Part shown: piece by piece, positions 8,972 to 18,614 of the stretch
Layout: each line of letters opens with the position of its first letter
How positions within the stretch are numbered: position 1 is the stretch's first letter
Origin: an uncultured Holophagae bacterium
Lineage (GTDB): Bacteria; Acidobacteriota; Thermoanaerobaculia; Thermoanaerobaculales; Sulfomarinibacteraceae
Reading direction: 5' to 3'
DNA length: 64,000 nt
Assembly: GCA_963710645.1 (NCBI GenBank)
Contig: CAVQBD010000003.1
Span: 176,450-240,449, forward strand
Translations under genes and position numbers: made by a program
The notes under the pieces: model-generated
Databases searched by the model: none
What the model saw: only the letters and a program-made list of their open reading frames with translations
What the model was told of the DNA's origin: nothing

Positions 8972-10666
8972 TCAGACCGTTGCGTACATCGCCCGGGCCA
9001 GGGTGCCGCCGGAGAGGTTGCGGGCGTTGAATCCGTTCTGCAGGAGGATCCGGGTCGCGTAGTAGGCGCGCTGGGCGGAGCGGCAGATGATCAGGATCTC
9101 GCGGTCCTTCGGCAGCTCCCCGAGACGTGAGCGGAGCTGCGGCAGCGGTATGTTGACCGCTCCCGGCACCGACTCGACAACCAGTTCAACTGGCTGCCGC
9201 ACGTCGAGCAGGAAGGCGCCATCGAGGGCGTCCCAGTGAGAGATGGGCATGTCGCCGCCCAGCACGTCGGCGGCGACCATCCCGGCGTAGTTGACCGGGT
9301 CCTTGGCGCTGCCGAACTGGGGCGCGTAGCAGAGTTCGGCCTCCTCGAGGTCGTAGATGGTCGCGCCCATCTGAAGCGCCACGGCCAGCGCGCTGATCCG
9401 CTTGTCCACCGCCGGGCCGTCGTGTCCGAGCGCCTGCGCCCCGAGAAGACGGCCGTCGGACGTGCGGAAGATCACCTTCATACCGATCATCTTGGCGCCC
9501 GGGTAATAGCCGGCGTGGGAGTTCGGGAAGATGTAGATCTTCTGAAAGTCATCGTCGCCGAGTCGCTTCAGAGTTCTTTCGTTGACTCCCGTCCAGGCGG
9601 CGGCGCCGCCGAAGAGCCCGATAATCGCGGTGCCCTGAACGCCCCGGAAGCGGGAGTCCCTCCCGGCGATGACGTCGGCGGCAATCCGGCCCTGCCGGTT
9701 TGCCGGCCCGGCCAGCGCCATCAGGCTCCACTCGTCGGTGACGACGTCCTTGACCTCGATGACGTCACCGACCGCGAAGATGTCCGGATCGGAGGTGCGC
9801 ATCTGGTCGTCGACGCGGATCCCGCCGCGCTCGCCGATCTCCAGCCCGGCCGCCTTGGCCAAAGTCGTGTCCGGTCGCACGCCGATGGCGAGGATCACGA
9901 TGTCGGCCGGGTAGGTCTTCCCGGAAACCGTCGTGACTTCGATCGCACCGCCCTCCAGCTCGGCGAAGGCCGCCGCCCCGTCGTTGAGGACGACGTTGAC
10001 GCCGTTTTTCTTCACATGCTCCTCGACGAGCCGCGCCACTTCGTGGTCCAGCGGGCCCAGGAGCTGAGGCAGCTTCTGGAGAAGAGTCACTTCGAAGCCC
10101 AGGTGGACCAGGTTTTCCGCCGTCTCGAGGCCGATGAAGCCGCCGCCGATGACGACGGCGCGCGTCGTCGGCTTCACGTACTGGATCCCGGAGTATTTGG
10201 ACATCCCCGCCAGGAAGTCGGTGCCCCCCGCAACCCACTCTTTGATGGTGCGCGCGTCGGGCACGGTCCGCACGTGGAAGATTCCGGGCAGGTCGATGCC
10301 GGGCAGGGGTGGATGGACCGAGGCCGCCCCGGGAGACAGCACCAGCTTGTCGTATCTTTCGGTCGTCACCTCACCGGTCTCGACATTCTTCAGATCGACG
10401 GTCTTCTTCTTCGGGTCGACGTCAACCGCTTCGCAGTTGGTCCGCACGTCGATGCCGTAGAGGCCGCGGAAGACCTGCTCGTTGGCGACGAGGAGGCTCG
10501 ACTCCTGCTGGATGACTCCCCCAACGTGGTACGGCAGCCCGCAGTTGGCGTAACTGACGTAAGGTCCGCGCTCCACCATGAGGATCTCCGCCTTTTCGTC
10601 CAATCTGCGCAGACGCGCCGCACACGATGCCCCGCCGGCCACTCCACCCACGATGATGACTTTCAT
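8972..10666 (-). CDS. CoA-disulfide/persulfide reductase with C-terminal rhodanese domain
   Basis: GGVAGGASCAARLRR, SYANCGLPY, GGGFIGLE, CYAPQFGSAKDPVN, rhodanese CRSAQR. Confidence 0.92.
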   Translation of the reverse strand: MKVIIVGGVAGGASCAARLRRLDEKAEILMVERGPYVSYANCGLPYHVGGVIQQESSLLVANEQVFRGLYGIDVRTNCEAVDVDPKKKTVDLKNVETGEVTTERYDKLVLSPGAASVHPPLPGIDLPGIFHVRTVPDARTIKEWVAGGTDFLAGMSKYSGIQYVKPTTRAVVIGGGFIGLETAENLVHLGFEVTLLQKLPQLLGPLDHEVARLVEEHVKKNGVNVVLNDGAAAFAELEGGAIEVTTVSGKTYPADIVILAIGVRPDTTLAKAAGLEIGERGGIRVDDQMRTSDPDIFAVGDVIEVKDVVTDEWSLMALAGPANRQGRIAADVIAGRDSRFRGVQGTAIIGLFGGAAAWTGVNERTLKRLGDDDFQKIYIFPNSHAGYYPGAKMIGMKVIFRTSDGRLLGAQALGHDGPAVDKRISALAVALQMGATIYDLEEAELCYAPQFGSAKDPVNYAGMVAADVLGGDMPISHWDALDGAFLLDVRQPVELVVESVPGAVNIPLPQLRSRLGELPKDREILIICRSAQRAYYATRILLQNGFNARNLSGGTLARAMYATV

Positions 10667-10731
10667 ATTTCCTTGCCCTTTTTTTTAAGTGAACGGCCGG
10701 CAAATTTGCCAGCCCGACCATGTTGATCGAA

Positions 10732-11355
10732 CTACTGCGCTGGTTGAGCCGCTGCTTCCTCGAGGATGATCTTCTCGGGATCAAAGCCGTAGACCCAGGG
10801 CGCCGAGTTCTTCCAGCCGTTTTTCATCCTCTTTCCGACAAAGACGCTCCCGGGATCCTCCACCTTGTCGCCTTCCACTCCATCGACGATGGTGTAGGCG
10901 TTTGTGAACCCGGCCGCGGCAAGCATCTCGACGACCTTTGCACTGCGGTCACCTGACCGGCACGTAACCAGCAGGATGTCGTCCGGCTCGGCGATCCGTT
11001 TGACCTCGTCGACAAGGGCCGAATTCATATTCACGTTGTATTCGGTCTTGCCATCCTTTCGCTGATAGGTCACAAAGGCCATGGGGATGTTCCAGGCCAT
11101 CTCCGGGTGGCCGACGAACGCGTACTCCTCGGGGGTCCGCACGTCGATGACCGTCACCCTGTCCGGTGCGGCTTTCCACATCTCGTAGGCCTGGGCAGCG
11201 GTCACATAGAGACCGAGGGTGGTCTGCTTCCGTTCGGGAAGCTGCAAGTCCTCGGCCGTGGAACCGGGCTTGCCGTTTTCCCCTGAAAAAGAAATCGTAG
11301 TGGACCCACAGAGCACCGCGATCATCACGATGCAAAGAAGATATCGACGCGACAT
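10732..11355 (-). CDS. Exported rhodanese-like sulfurtransferase
   Basis: GAGGAGG then ATG at 11355; signal peptide; IDVRTPEEY.FVGH, CRSGDRS, DGVEG, GWKNS.PW. Confidence 0.88.
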   Translation of the reverse strand: MSRRYLLCIVMIAVLCGSTTISFSGENGKPGSTAEDLQLPERKQTTLGLYVTAAQAYEMWKAAPDRVTVIDVRTPEEYAFVGHPEMAWNIPMAFVTYQRKDGKTEYNVNMNSALVDEVKRIAEPDDILLVTCRSGDRSAKVVEMLAAAGFTNAYTIVDGVEGDKVEDPGSVFVGKRMKNGWKNSAPWVYGFDPEKIILEEAAAQPAQ

Positions 11356-11383
11356 CGTTCGCCTCCTCATGTTCTGCGCGACA

Positions 11384-11593
11384 TCACCGGGCGCCCACCT
11401 CCAGGAAGGCGCCGGCGGTTGTGCGCTGCGCCTTCTCGGCTTTCTTCGTTTCGTCGGTCTCAGCGTCTTTCTTCGTCGGCTTTCCGTTTGAATCAACTTT
11501 GTCCCGCACGTCGGTCGTCTCGATCTTGCACGCCGAGAGATCACCTGGTCCACAACACGTCGGTTTTCCCTGGTCGCTCTTATCCGTTGTCAT
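11384..11593 (-). CDS. Small Cys-containing peptide (69 aa)
   Basis: GGAGGA RBS; fills the gap between operon genes; CCGPGDLSAC motif. Confidence 0.6.
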   Translation of the reverse strand: MTTDKSDQGKPTCCGPGDLSACKIETTDVRDKVDSNGKPTKKDAETDETKKAEKAQRTTAGAFLEVGAR

Positions 11594-11678
11594 GACGGCG
11601 TTCCTCCATTTTTCGCTGCTGTCACCCTTCCGGCCCCCCCCCTGTGGGGGGCAAGAGGGGTGATCGAATTTTCTCGAG

Positions 11679-12842
11679 CTACCCGAGGCGCGTACCTTCC
11701 ACCTCGAGTCCGCCCCCCTGAGGAAGCTTGCTCCAGCTCCTTCTCTCCCACTCCTCCTTGAGAACTTCCATCGCCGCCTGCTCGAGAAACTCCGGGGCCG
11801 CCCACTCGTTCACATCGAAGTCGTTCTTGATGTAGCCGTGGCTGACCATGAAGTCCTTGCCGATGTTGATGCATTCCAGGTTCTGGGCACACAGGCTCGG
11901 CACCATGTCGACGTGCTTGATGCCCTCGTATGTATCCTCGGCATCCAGATAGAAGGTCTGCCGGTTGAGAATTTCACCGGCAGCGCGCTTGTTCCGATTC
12001 GCCCAACGTCCGACCTTGATCATCGCCTTCATGTAGGCGACCACCAGCTCGGGGTGCTCCTTGGCCATCACGTCGGTGCAGGTGATGACGGCGGGGGTAT
12101 TGGCGACCTGCAACGTCCAATCCGGCAACTTGGCCAGGTCCACGATCATCTTGAGCTTGCCCGTAGCCTCCTGCAGGTGTTGGAAAACCTTGCTCTGGGT
12201 GTAGATGGCGTCGACAGTGCCATTCAACACCGCGTTTTCCAGCGGACGGAACGCCAGATCGTGCTTGTGGTCGCGACGCATCCACAGCTCGGACGGGTTG
12301 TTCATCGGCGGGACCAGCATCTCGGGCTTGTCGTACCAGTCATCCGGGTACGGGAATTCCACGAGCTCGATATCGTCCATGGTCATGTCGTTGAGCATCA
12401 GGATGTTCTCGATGGCCATGTGTTCCTGGATGCGCCACCAGTCGTTCTTGATGGTGTTCAGGCTCTTCGAGATCCCGATCTTCTTGCCTTTCAGATCCTT
12501 CACGCGGAAGATCGGGTCGCGGGCACGCACAATCAACCCACCACCTTCGAATACCCAGGTCGCCCCGAGCAATACGGTTCGGCGGATGTCGGCGTGGACA
12601 TGGATTGGGGGATACAATCCGCCGAAGCGGATGAGGTTGTCCAGGTTGTGGATGTAGTGCGGGTACCAGTTGTTCTCGGGTGCGGCTCGGAAGTAGGCGT
12701 AGTCGACGCCGATCTTCTTGAACTCCTCGCGGCACCATCCCAGTTCCTGGTCAACGTTGTTTGCCGAGACCATGGGGCAGTTGGTGAACCACACCTCTTT
12801 CCAATTCAACGGCACTGTGGTGGAAACTCTCTCTGTGGCCAT
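11679..12842 (-). CDS. DszB-like desulfinase / SsuA-fold protein
   Basis: WFTNCP, PHYIH..IRFGG..PP, RTVLLG match the DszB Cys/His/Arg pattern; DLKGKKIG; no signal peptide. Confidence 0.78.
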   Translation of the reverse strand: MATERVSTTVPLNWKEVWFTNCPMVSANNVDQELGWCREEFKKIGVDYAYFRAAPENNWYPHYIHNLDNLIRFGGLYPPIHVHADIRRTVLLGATWVFEGGGLIVRARDPIFRVKDLKGKKIGISKSLNTIKNDWWRIQEHMAIENILMLNDMTMDDIELVEFPYPDDWYDKPEMLVPPMNNPSELWMRRDHKHDLAFRPLENAVLNGTVDAIYTQSKVFQHLQEATGKLKMIVDLAKLPDWTLQVANTPAVITCTDVMAKEHPELVVAYMKAMIKVGRWANRNKRAAGEILNRQTFYLDAEDTYEGIKHVDMVPSLCAQNLECINIGKDFMVSHGYIKNDFDVNEWAAPEFLEQAAMEVLKEEWERRSWSKLPQGGGLEVEGTRLG

Positions 12843-12952
12843 GATGACTTCCTTTCGTGTGAGGTCCCCGGATCCGCAACCGCAGGCGGATCCTGCCTCA
12901 TTGTTTTTTGCGTTTGTTGTTGTTCATTGAATTCCCCGGTTCATACGGTCGC

Positions 12953-13399
12953 TCATGACCGGACCGAGGGTGCCGGTGTTCTGGTGGGGGTCGTACTCCC
13001 TTCTTCCGTTGTGGTCTCTGCGCTTTGGACGCGGCGGACGGCATCGACCGCCGGCAGCAGATCGGTCGCGATCGCCCGCTTGAGAACAAAGGCGTCGGCG
13101 CCGGCTTCGATCGCGGCGCGGTACACGCTCTGCTCGTCGTGGACGCTGAGAACGATCACCTTGAGGCCGGGGCAACGCCGCCGGAGCTCCCGCAACCAGC
13201 CCAGCCCGCTGTCCCGGGCCAGGGAGAGGTCGACGATCGCCACCCCGGGCCGGAGCCGCGCCGCGCCCTCGAGCAATGACGCCTCGTCGGCGACCATCAC
13301 CACAGAGTCGAACGCCGTCTCGAGCAGCGCACGCACACCTTCCGTGAGGCCATGGTGACGGTCCGCCAGCAGGACACAGCTCAAAGGTCTATCAGACAT
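12953..13399 (-). CDS. Stand-alone response-regulator receiver (paralog 1)
   Basis: VLLADRH, AIVDLSL, VIVLSVH, GADAFVLK; no output domain; AAGGA RBS before ATG 13399. Confidence 0.88.
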   Translation of the reverse strand: MSDRPLSCVLLADRHHGLTEGVRALLETAFDSVVMVADEASLLEGAARLRPGVAIVDLSLARDSGLGWLRELRRRCPGLKVIVLSVHDEQSVYRAAIEAGADAFVLKRAIATDLLPAVDAVRRVQSAETTTEEGSTTPTRTPAPSVRS

Positions 13400-13463
13400 T
13401 GATGTCCTTCTTTCTCCGCAGCTGTGCGCATTGCAGGTCATCGTCGCTGCTGCCATAAGATGT

Positions 13464-13508
13464 AGCCTAGAGTGATTCCAGCGGCTTGTAACCTCGGGAT
13501 TCTACGTG
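13464..13508 (-). promoter_or_regulatory. Regulon promoter 4
   Basis: Minus strand: CACGTAGAATCCCGAGGTTACAA-16nt-TAGGCT. Confidence 0.75.
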
Positions 13509-13628
13509 TTCCGCCGCTGGGAAAACCACGGGCCGGTCGCGCCGCAGGCCTCTGCGCCATCAGCCGAAGAACCTGCCCCGAAACCTCTCGCGTTATCCCT
13601 TCGTGCTTTTGGATTCTCCGGGCCGTGC

Positions 13629-13673
13629 CCCGTAGTTTTTCGAGGTTACAACCCATTGAAGTCCAGCTATGGT
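13629..13673 (+). promoter_or_regulatory. Regulon promoter 5
   Basis: CCCGTAGTTTTTCGAGGTTACAA-16nt-TATGGT. Confidence 0.75.
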
Positions 13674-13754
13674 CAGAGTCGAAAACAGCCGCCACACGCC
13701 CATCGCAGGGTCCTACGTGGTGTGCATTAAAAGAAATCGACAGGAGAACAGATC

Positions 13755-14436
13755 TTGGGCGCATCCCTGAACTGCAAGCGGCCCATCAGAGTGTTCGTGT
13801 TCACCGCCCTGCTGGTGTTCATGTCCTCGATCGCCGTCCCTGCTCAGGATGCTCAGATCTGGCTCGAGGTCGATGGTCACAAACCAGGGGTGGTCTCGCA
13901 TCGGGGTGAAAAACACCTTCAGCATAAAAATCCGGCGATGGCTTTCGGCGGAGGGCGGTTTCGATGTCTTCTACACGTCAGATCCGTTATCCCCGGATAT
14001 GGGGGAACTCCGTCTGAGGGTGGCGGGGAAATTCACTCTGCCGAAGTTCATCCGCGCGATTCATCTGGAGAAACCCTACTGTAACGTCAGGGTCGAAGAA
14101 CGGTTTCTCTGGTATCCCGAACAAGACACGGAGGATCAGAAGACACGCCTCCGATTGAAGGTGGGGGGGACGTTCATCCTCAACAATGACAAGCCGGTTG
14201 AAAAGACCTATTACGTGCCATGGTATGGCGAGGGTTTTCACAACTTCAACGGCGCGGCGTTCGAACGCAACGCCGTAAATTATAGATTTTCACTCGGAAT
14301 CGGCTACGTGATCCATCCAAAGTGGCATGCCGAATTCGAGCTTATCGCGCAGGATTCAGTGGACACCCTCGAGCACAAATTCGACCGAAACGATAATATT
14401 TTTCAGTTCAAGTTCCAATACTATTTCGACAGATGA
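13755..14436 (+). pseudogene. Frameshifted DUF2490-like outer-membrane barrel
   Basis: Signal peptide and AQDAQIWLEV lie in one frame. The barrel body (RVEERF, TRLRLKVGG, YRFSLGIGY, FQFKFQYYF) lies in another frame from ~13870. Confidence 0.65.
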
Positions 14437-14535
14437 CGTGAGAGAGCCCCCTCCAACCCCTTTTCTTTTCATCGACCCACCAGGTCAAACGAACTTCTGA
14501 TGCGCTCCGGCCGCACGCGGAAAGCGGGGAATCGA

Positions 14536-15138
14536 CTACTCCTTTGGCGCCTTCTCGACACTCAACGCAAGCGCCTCGGCGTAGGTGACTCGTACCGAGT
14601 CCCCGAGGTTTACACCAGCGAGCTTCTCGGGATGTATCACCTTGATCGTGCGCTCCTCGCCGCTCGGCCCCATAATGGTGACCGAGGGGGCCTCGGCGTC
14701 GATCGCAGTGACCGTGGCCGTCAGAGTGGTTGAACGTGTGGCGGCGCCAGCCGGCATCTCACCGAGCTCGGCGGAATCGCCTGCGACCATCGATTCCACG
14801 CTCGCTTCCTCGCCGCCCTTCACCACTTCGTAGGCGAGGGCCTCGGTGTAGGTGGCGATGACCACGTCGCCCGCCTGAACCTGGGCGAGGTTTTTCACCC
14901 TGTCGTCGGCTATGAGGCTGAACTCCTCGCCGTCATCCATCATGAGGGTGACCTCGCGGGTCGTCTGGTCGATCTTCGTCACCGTCGCCGTGACCTCCGT
15001 TGAAGCCACCACAACCTCGCTCTGGGCCGGAGCCGCGGGCGCCGCGGTTTCCGCGGGCATCTCAGGCTTGTCCGCGCACGCCACGCAGAGGGCTCCCACC
15101 ACCAGAACAACCAACATCAATGATCCGTGTCTTTTCAT
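14536..15138 (-). CDS. Lipoprotein with duplicated OB-like (CusF-like) repeats
   Basis: AAGGAGGAG RBS; lipobox-like CVAC; two repeats TATVTxID...VTL...GD.V...Y.EALA. Confidence 0.8.
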   Translation of the reverse strand: MKRHGSLMLVVLVVGALCVACADKPEMPAETAAPAAPAQSEVVVASTEVTATVTKIDQTTREVTLMMDDGEEFSLIADDRVKNLAQVQAGDVVIATYTEALAYEVVKGGEEASVESMVAGDSAELGEMPAGAATRSTTLTATVTAIDAEAPSVTIMGPSGEERTIKVIHPEKLAGVNLGDSVRVTYAEALALSVEKAPKE

Positions 15139-15234
15139 CGTCTCTCCTCCTTCATTTGAATCTATGACTGGAAGGCACGTCCCTTTCTACCATCGCGAAT
15201 CCGCGATGTCTGGAGGTGCCAGGGTTCGAATCGG

Positions 15235-15279
15235 AGATTAGGTCGTTTTTCACAGGCTGTGACCTCGGGATTTTACGGG
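15235..15279 (-). promoter_or_regulatory. Regulon promoter 6
   Basis: Minus strand: CCCGTAAAATCCCGAGGTCACAG-16nt-TAATCT. Confidence 0.75.
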
Positions 15280-15364
15280 GCTTGTGGCTGAGAAGCCACG
15301 AGCTCTGGGACCAACAGCAGGGTTCGCCGGCCACGACGTCGGTTTGAAGTGAGACCGAGGTCTC

Positions 15365-16009
15365 TCAATGCGCCATCTCGTCGATGGCGACGGTGACGGC
15401 GAGGATCAAAATATCGTTTTGCCCCGGAACGATCTCGACACCGTAGGAGTCGGCAACGCGGAACCACTTCTTCGACACTTCGGCGACCTTGTCGTGGCCC
15501 TCCCCGATCGTATATTCGTGATCGACGATATTGCCCGTAACGTCCAGGTCGGGGCCGTCGCCGACCTTTACCGTCCACCGATCGCGCATCGGGTTGACGA
15601 TCGCCTGCTTCACCTCAGCAAGCTTCTTGCCGTCGGGGCCTTCGATGGCGATGGAGTCCTTGACCCGGGCCACCCGCTCCTGGATCTTCACCAGGACATT
15701 TCCCTCGGTGTCCTCGAAGACGATCGTGTCGCGCACGCGGAGCATCTTGCCGTCGAATTTGAATACCTTTTCGCCCTCTTCGTTCTCGATCCAGAAATCG
15801 TCGCCGAAGGACACCAGCTTCTCGCGCATCTGGTAACGCTCACCGGATTCACCGGCGCCGGATTTCTCGTGTTTCTTGTCGTGTTTTCGCTCCGATCCGG
15901 TTCCCCCGGTCCGCGTCAAGGCATCGGAGACGACGGCACTGCAGGGCGCGGCCACCGCCACGGCGACAACAACTGCGACCACATTCCACCATCTGGCAAC
16001 CTGCATCAT
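15365..16009 (-). CDS. LURP-one-related (scramblase/tubby-like) protein
   Basis: YQMREKLVSFGDDFWIEN, FKFDGK.LR, VAEVSKKWF..DSYGVEI, AIDEMAH; signal-like N-terminus. Start uncertain. Confidence 0.85.
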   Translation of the reverse strand: MMQVARWWNVVAVVVAVAVAAPCSAVVSDALTRTGGTGSERKHDKKHEKSGAGESGERYQMREKLVSFGDDFWIENEEGEKVFKFDGKMLRVRDTIVFEDTEGNVLVKIQERVARVKDSIAIEGPDGKKLAEVKQAIVNPMRDRWTVKVGDGPDLDVTGNIVDHEYTIGEGHDKVAEVSKKWFRVADSYGVEIVPGQNDILILAVTVAIDEMAH

Positions 16010-16106
16010 CAACTCCCTATCCATTCGTGTCTGCCGCTGTGGTTCCGACATTGCGCAGGCCGAAACGGACGGGGCGCCTCCCGGAGGGCGCCCCGTCCTC
16101 GCTCTG

Positions 16107-16131
16107 AAAAAACCGCGCTCCCAGGGGCGCG
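16107..16131 (-). terminator. Putative intrinsic terminator after glutaminase
   Basis: Minus strand CGCGCCCCTGGGAGCGCG hairpin followed by GTTTTTT; a second GC hairpin at ~16067-16098. Confidence 0.55.
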
Positions 16132-16142
16132 ACAGTCGGGGC

Positions 16143-17192
16143 TTACTCCTCCGTGTTGGGCCCGTACAGGCCGACACCGAGCTGACCCGCAATGAAATTG
16201 ATCGCTTTCATCGCCCGGATGCTGTTGCCGGCCTCGTTGAGGCGCGGCGAGAATGCCGCGATGGCGAACTTGCCCGGCACCACCGAGACGATGCCCCCGC
16301 CGACGCCCGTCTTCGAAGGCAGACCGGCGCTGTACATCCACTCGCCGGACTCGTCGTAGAAACCCGCGGTGGCCATGATGGCCAGCAGCTCGGGAACGTC
16401 CTCGGCCGGGATCATCCGGCGGCCGGTCAGAGGGTTGACCCCGCTGTTGGCCAGCGTCGCGCCCATCACCGCGAGGTCACGGGTGTTCACCCCGACAGAG
16501 CACTGCAGCGTATACACCCTCAACGCTTCCTCGGGTTCGCAGTACAGGCGCCCGTAGTTGTAGAGTATGTTGGCGATGCCGCGGTTGCCCCAACAGGTCT
16601 CGTACTCGGAGGTGTAGACCTCCTCGAGGAGCGGCAGCTCGTCGCCCGCAAACCCCTCCAAGTTGTCGTGCACCAGTTTCCACCGCTCTTCCTCGGAATC
16701 GGCCTGGACCATGCTGACGGCCGCGATGGCGCCGGCATTGACCAGCGGATTCACGGAACGAGCCGGGTAAATCTCCAGCGCCAGCTTCGAGTTGAAGGGC
16801 AGGCCCGTTGGCTCCACGCCGATCTTCTCGCGCAGCACCTTGGGCCCCTGCTGGCTCATGATCAATGCCGCGGTGAAGGGCTTGGACACGGACTGGATCG
16901 AGAAGCGGTACTCCTGCTCGCCCGCCGAGTAGATCTTGCCATCTCGGGTGGCGATGGCGACTCCGAACAACTCGCTGGGCACGGTATCGAGGATCGGAAT
17001 GTAATTGGCGTTGGCGCCGTCCTTCACATCCTTGAACTGGTTGTACGCCTCGTCCACAAGGCGCTGAAAATCCTCCGCAGTGGGCCCGGCCGCAGACTGC
17101 GCCGACATCGAATTCGGCAGCAGCACCATTCCCACCAGGGCCAGACCAAGCAACCATGTGCCGGTTTTACGAACAGAATTCATAGAGCTCAT
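16143..17192 (-). CDS. glsA: Glutaminase A with N-terminal signal peptide
   Basis: ANYIP.L, FSIQSVSKPF (catalytic SxxK), GVEPTGLPFNS, NPLVNAGAI, GLPSKTGVGGGI, SPRLNEAGNS. Confidence 0.95.
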   Translation of the reverse strand: MSSMNSVRKTGTWLLGLALVGMVLLPNSMSAQSAAGPTAEDFQRLVDEAYNQFKDVKDGANANYIPILDTVPSELFGVAIATRDGKIYSAGEQEYRFSIQSVSKPFTAALIMSQQGPKVLREKIGVEPTGLPFNSKLALEIYPARSVNPLVNAGAIAAVSMVQADSEEERWKLVHDNLEGFAGDELPLLEEVYTSEYETCWGNRGIANILYNYGRLYCEPEEALRVYTLQCSVGVNTRDLAVMGATLANSGVNPLTGRRMIPAEDVPELLAIMATAGFYDESGEWMYSAGLPSKTGVGGGIVSVVPGKFAIAAFSPRLNEAGNSIRAMKAINFIAGQLGVGLYGPNTEE

Positions 17193-18493
17193 GAGTTACC
17201 TCCAAAGGTGTGAGAGAAGTTGTACTTGAACGAGAACTGAATCTTGAAGTCGTCGACGGTCCAGCCGTCGGCGAAGTTCTCGCGGTTGCCATACTGCAGC
17301 TCGGCGCCGTACATGACGTTCGGCACCGGGGTATGCAGCAGGTTGACCAGGGCGTACTGCCCCTTGGAGAACGCGCTGGCGTCCTGGCTGCTCGCGTTGT
17401 CGATGTCGGTCAGCGAGAAGCCGATCGAGGTGGTCCACTCGCTGTTCCAGCTGTGGTCGAGGAAGGCCACCACGCCGAGGATCGGCAGAGCAACGCCCTT
17501 GATGGGCGCTGTGGGATTGCCCGGGTTGGGCTCGATGCCGATGTCGACGGTGGCGTCGTTGAAGTAGTTCTCGATCGCCTCGCCGTAGACCACCTGCAGC
17601 CTGAGAGTGTTCGAATCGCCGAGCTTGAGGTTTGAACTCAGGTTGATGCCCCAGCCAGTGACGCCGCCAGACAGATCGTACTCGTCGGTGCCGTTGTCCT
17701 CCCACTCGATGCGGCGCAGGATGCCTGCGACTTCAACGTACCCCCAGTCACCGGCGTGGCGGTACTCGGCCGACAGGTCGGGCAGAGGAAAGCGCGCCGA
17801 AACATCATCGAGGCCGGTATTTTCGTCGTATTGCCCCTGGTCGCCGCTCGCGCCCGGTCGTTCGAGCGCGACGGTGAGCCTGGTGTCGCCCTTGATGGGC
17901 ATCCACCGCACCTGGACGTTGCGGAAGAAGATCATACCGCTGGGTCCCCAGTACTCGAGCGAGTTGGGGAACACATCGATGTCCATGAACGGGCTCCAGG
18001 TCTGGCCGGCTCCGAAGTGGCCGAGTTCGCCGTATGCGTGACGCAGGCGAAAGGTGGTCTGGCCGGCGTCGTCACCCACCCCGAAGAGCTCGAACTCGAA
18101 GATGGTGTAGACCTCGCCGAGCTTTGTCGGGAAGTACGCCTTGGTGCCGAACCGGGTCTGCCGAACGCTGAAGTAGGTGTTGCCGTCGGTGCCGAATTCG
18201 TTCTCGTAGGCCGGCAGCTTGGTCGGCCGCATCACGTCGAACCAGTTGGGGTCGATCTGGCCGGTGCGGTAGCCAATGTCGGTCATGGCGAAGCCGTAGA
18301 TCTCCATCCGCGGCTTGAGCTGCTCCGCCTCTTCAGCATCGATGTCGTCGTTCGTCTCCGACTTCATTCCGGTCTCAGCCGTCAGCTCCTGCGGGTCGGC
18401 GGCGGCCACAGTGCATGGGGCCGCGAGCAGCAACAGGAGCGCGAGTGTCACGCCTCCGGCCGCCAACGGCCATTTGTGTTCATCGTTCCTCAT
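17189..18493 (-). CDS. DcaP-like outer-membrane porin
   Basis: EIYGFAMTD, FSVRQTRFG, FRLRHAYGE, GQTWSPFMD, RNVQVRW, IQFSFKYNF. Confidence 0.88.
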   Translation of the reverse strand: MRNDEHKWPLAAGGVTLALLLLLAAPCTVAAADPQELTAETGMKSETNDDIDAEEAEQLKPRMEIYGFAMTDIGYRTGQIDPNWFDVMRPTKLPAYENEFGTDGNTYFSVRQTRFGTKAYFPTKLGEVYTIFEFELFGVGDDAGQTTFRLRHAYGELGHFGAGQTWSPFMDIDVFPNSLEYWGPSGMIFFRNVQVRWMPIKGDTRLTVALERPGASGDQGQYDENTGLDDVSARFPLPDLSAEYRHAGDWGYVEVAGILRRIEWEDNGTDEYDLSGGVTGWGINLSSNLKLGDSNTLRLQVVYGEAIENYFNDATVDIGIEPNPGNPTAPIKGVALPILGVVAFLDHSWNSEWTTSIGFSLTDIDNASSQDASAFSKGQYALVNLLHTPVPNVMYGAELQYGNRENFADGWTVDDFKIQFSFKYNFSHTFGGNS

Positions 18494-18614
18494 GTGCGTT
18501 TCTCCTTTTCTCGATCCGATTCAGTGATTTGATTTTCCAATATCGATACGGTCGTTTGGGCGCTTGGTCGTGTTGTGGGGCTGCCACCCGCCCGGTCCTC
18601 ATATTCCCTTTCCA

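Noticed and set aside
11330-11386. Sec read-through at the TGA-TGT ending the 69-aa peptide
   Set aside because: The extension would run over the next gene's RBS into a shadow frame, and I see no convincing SECIS or redox-family context.
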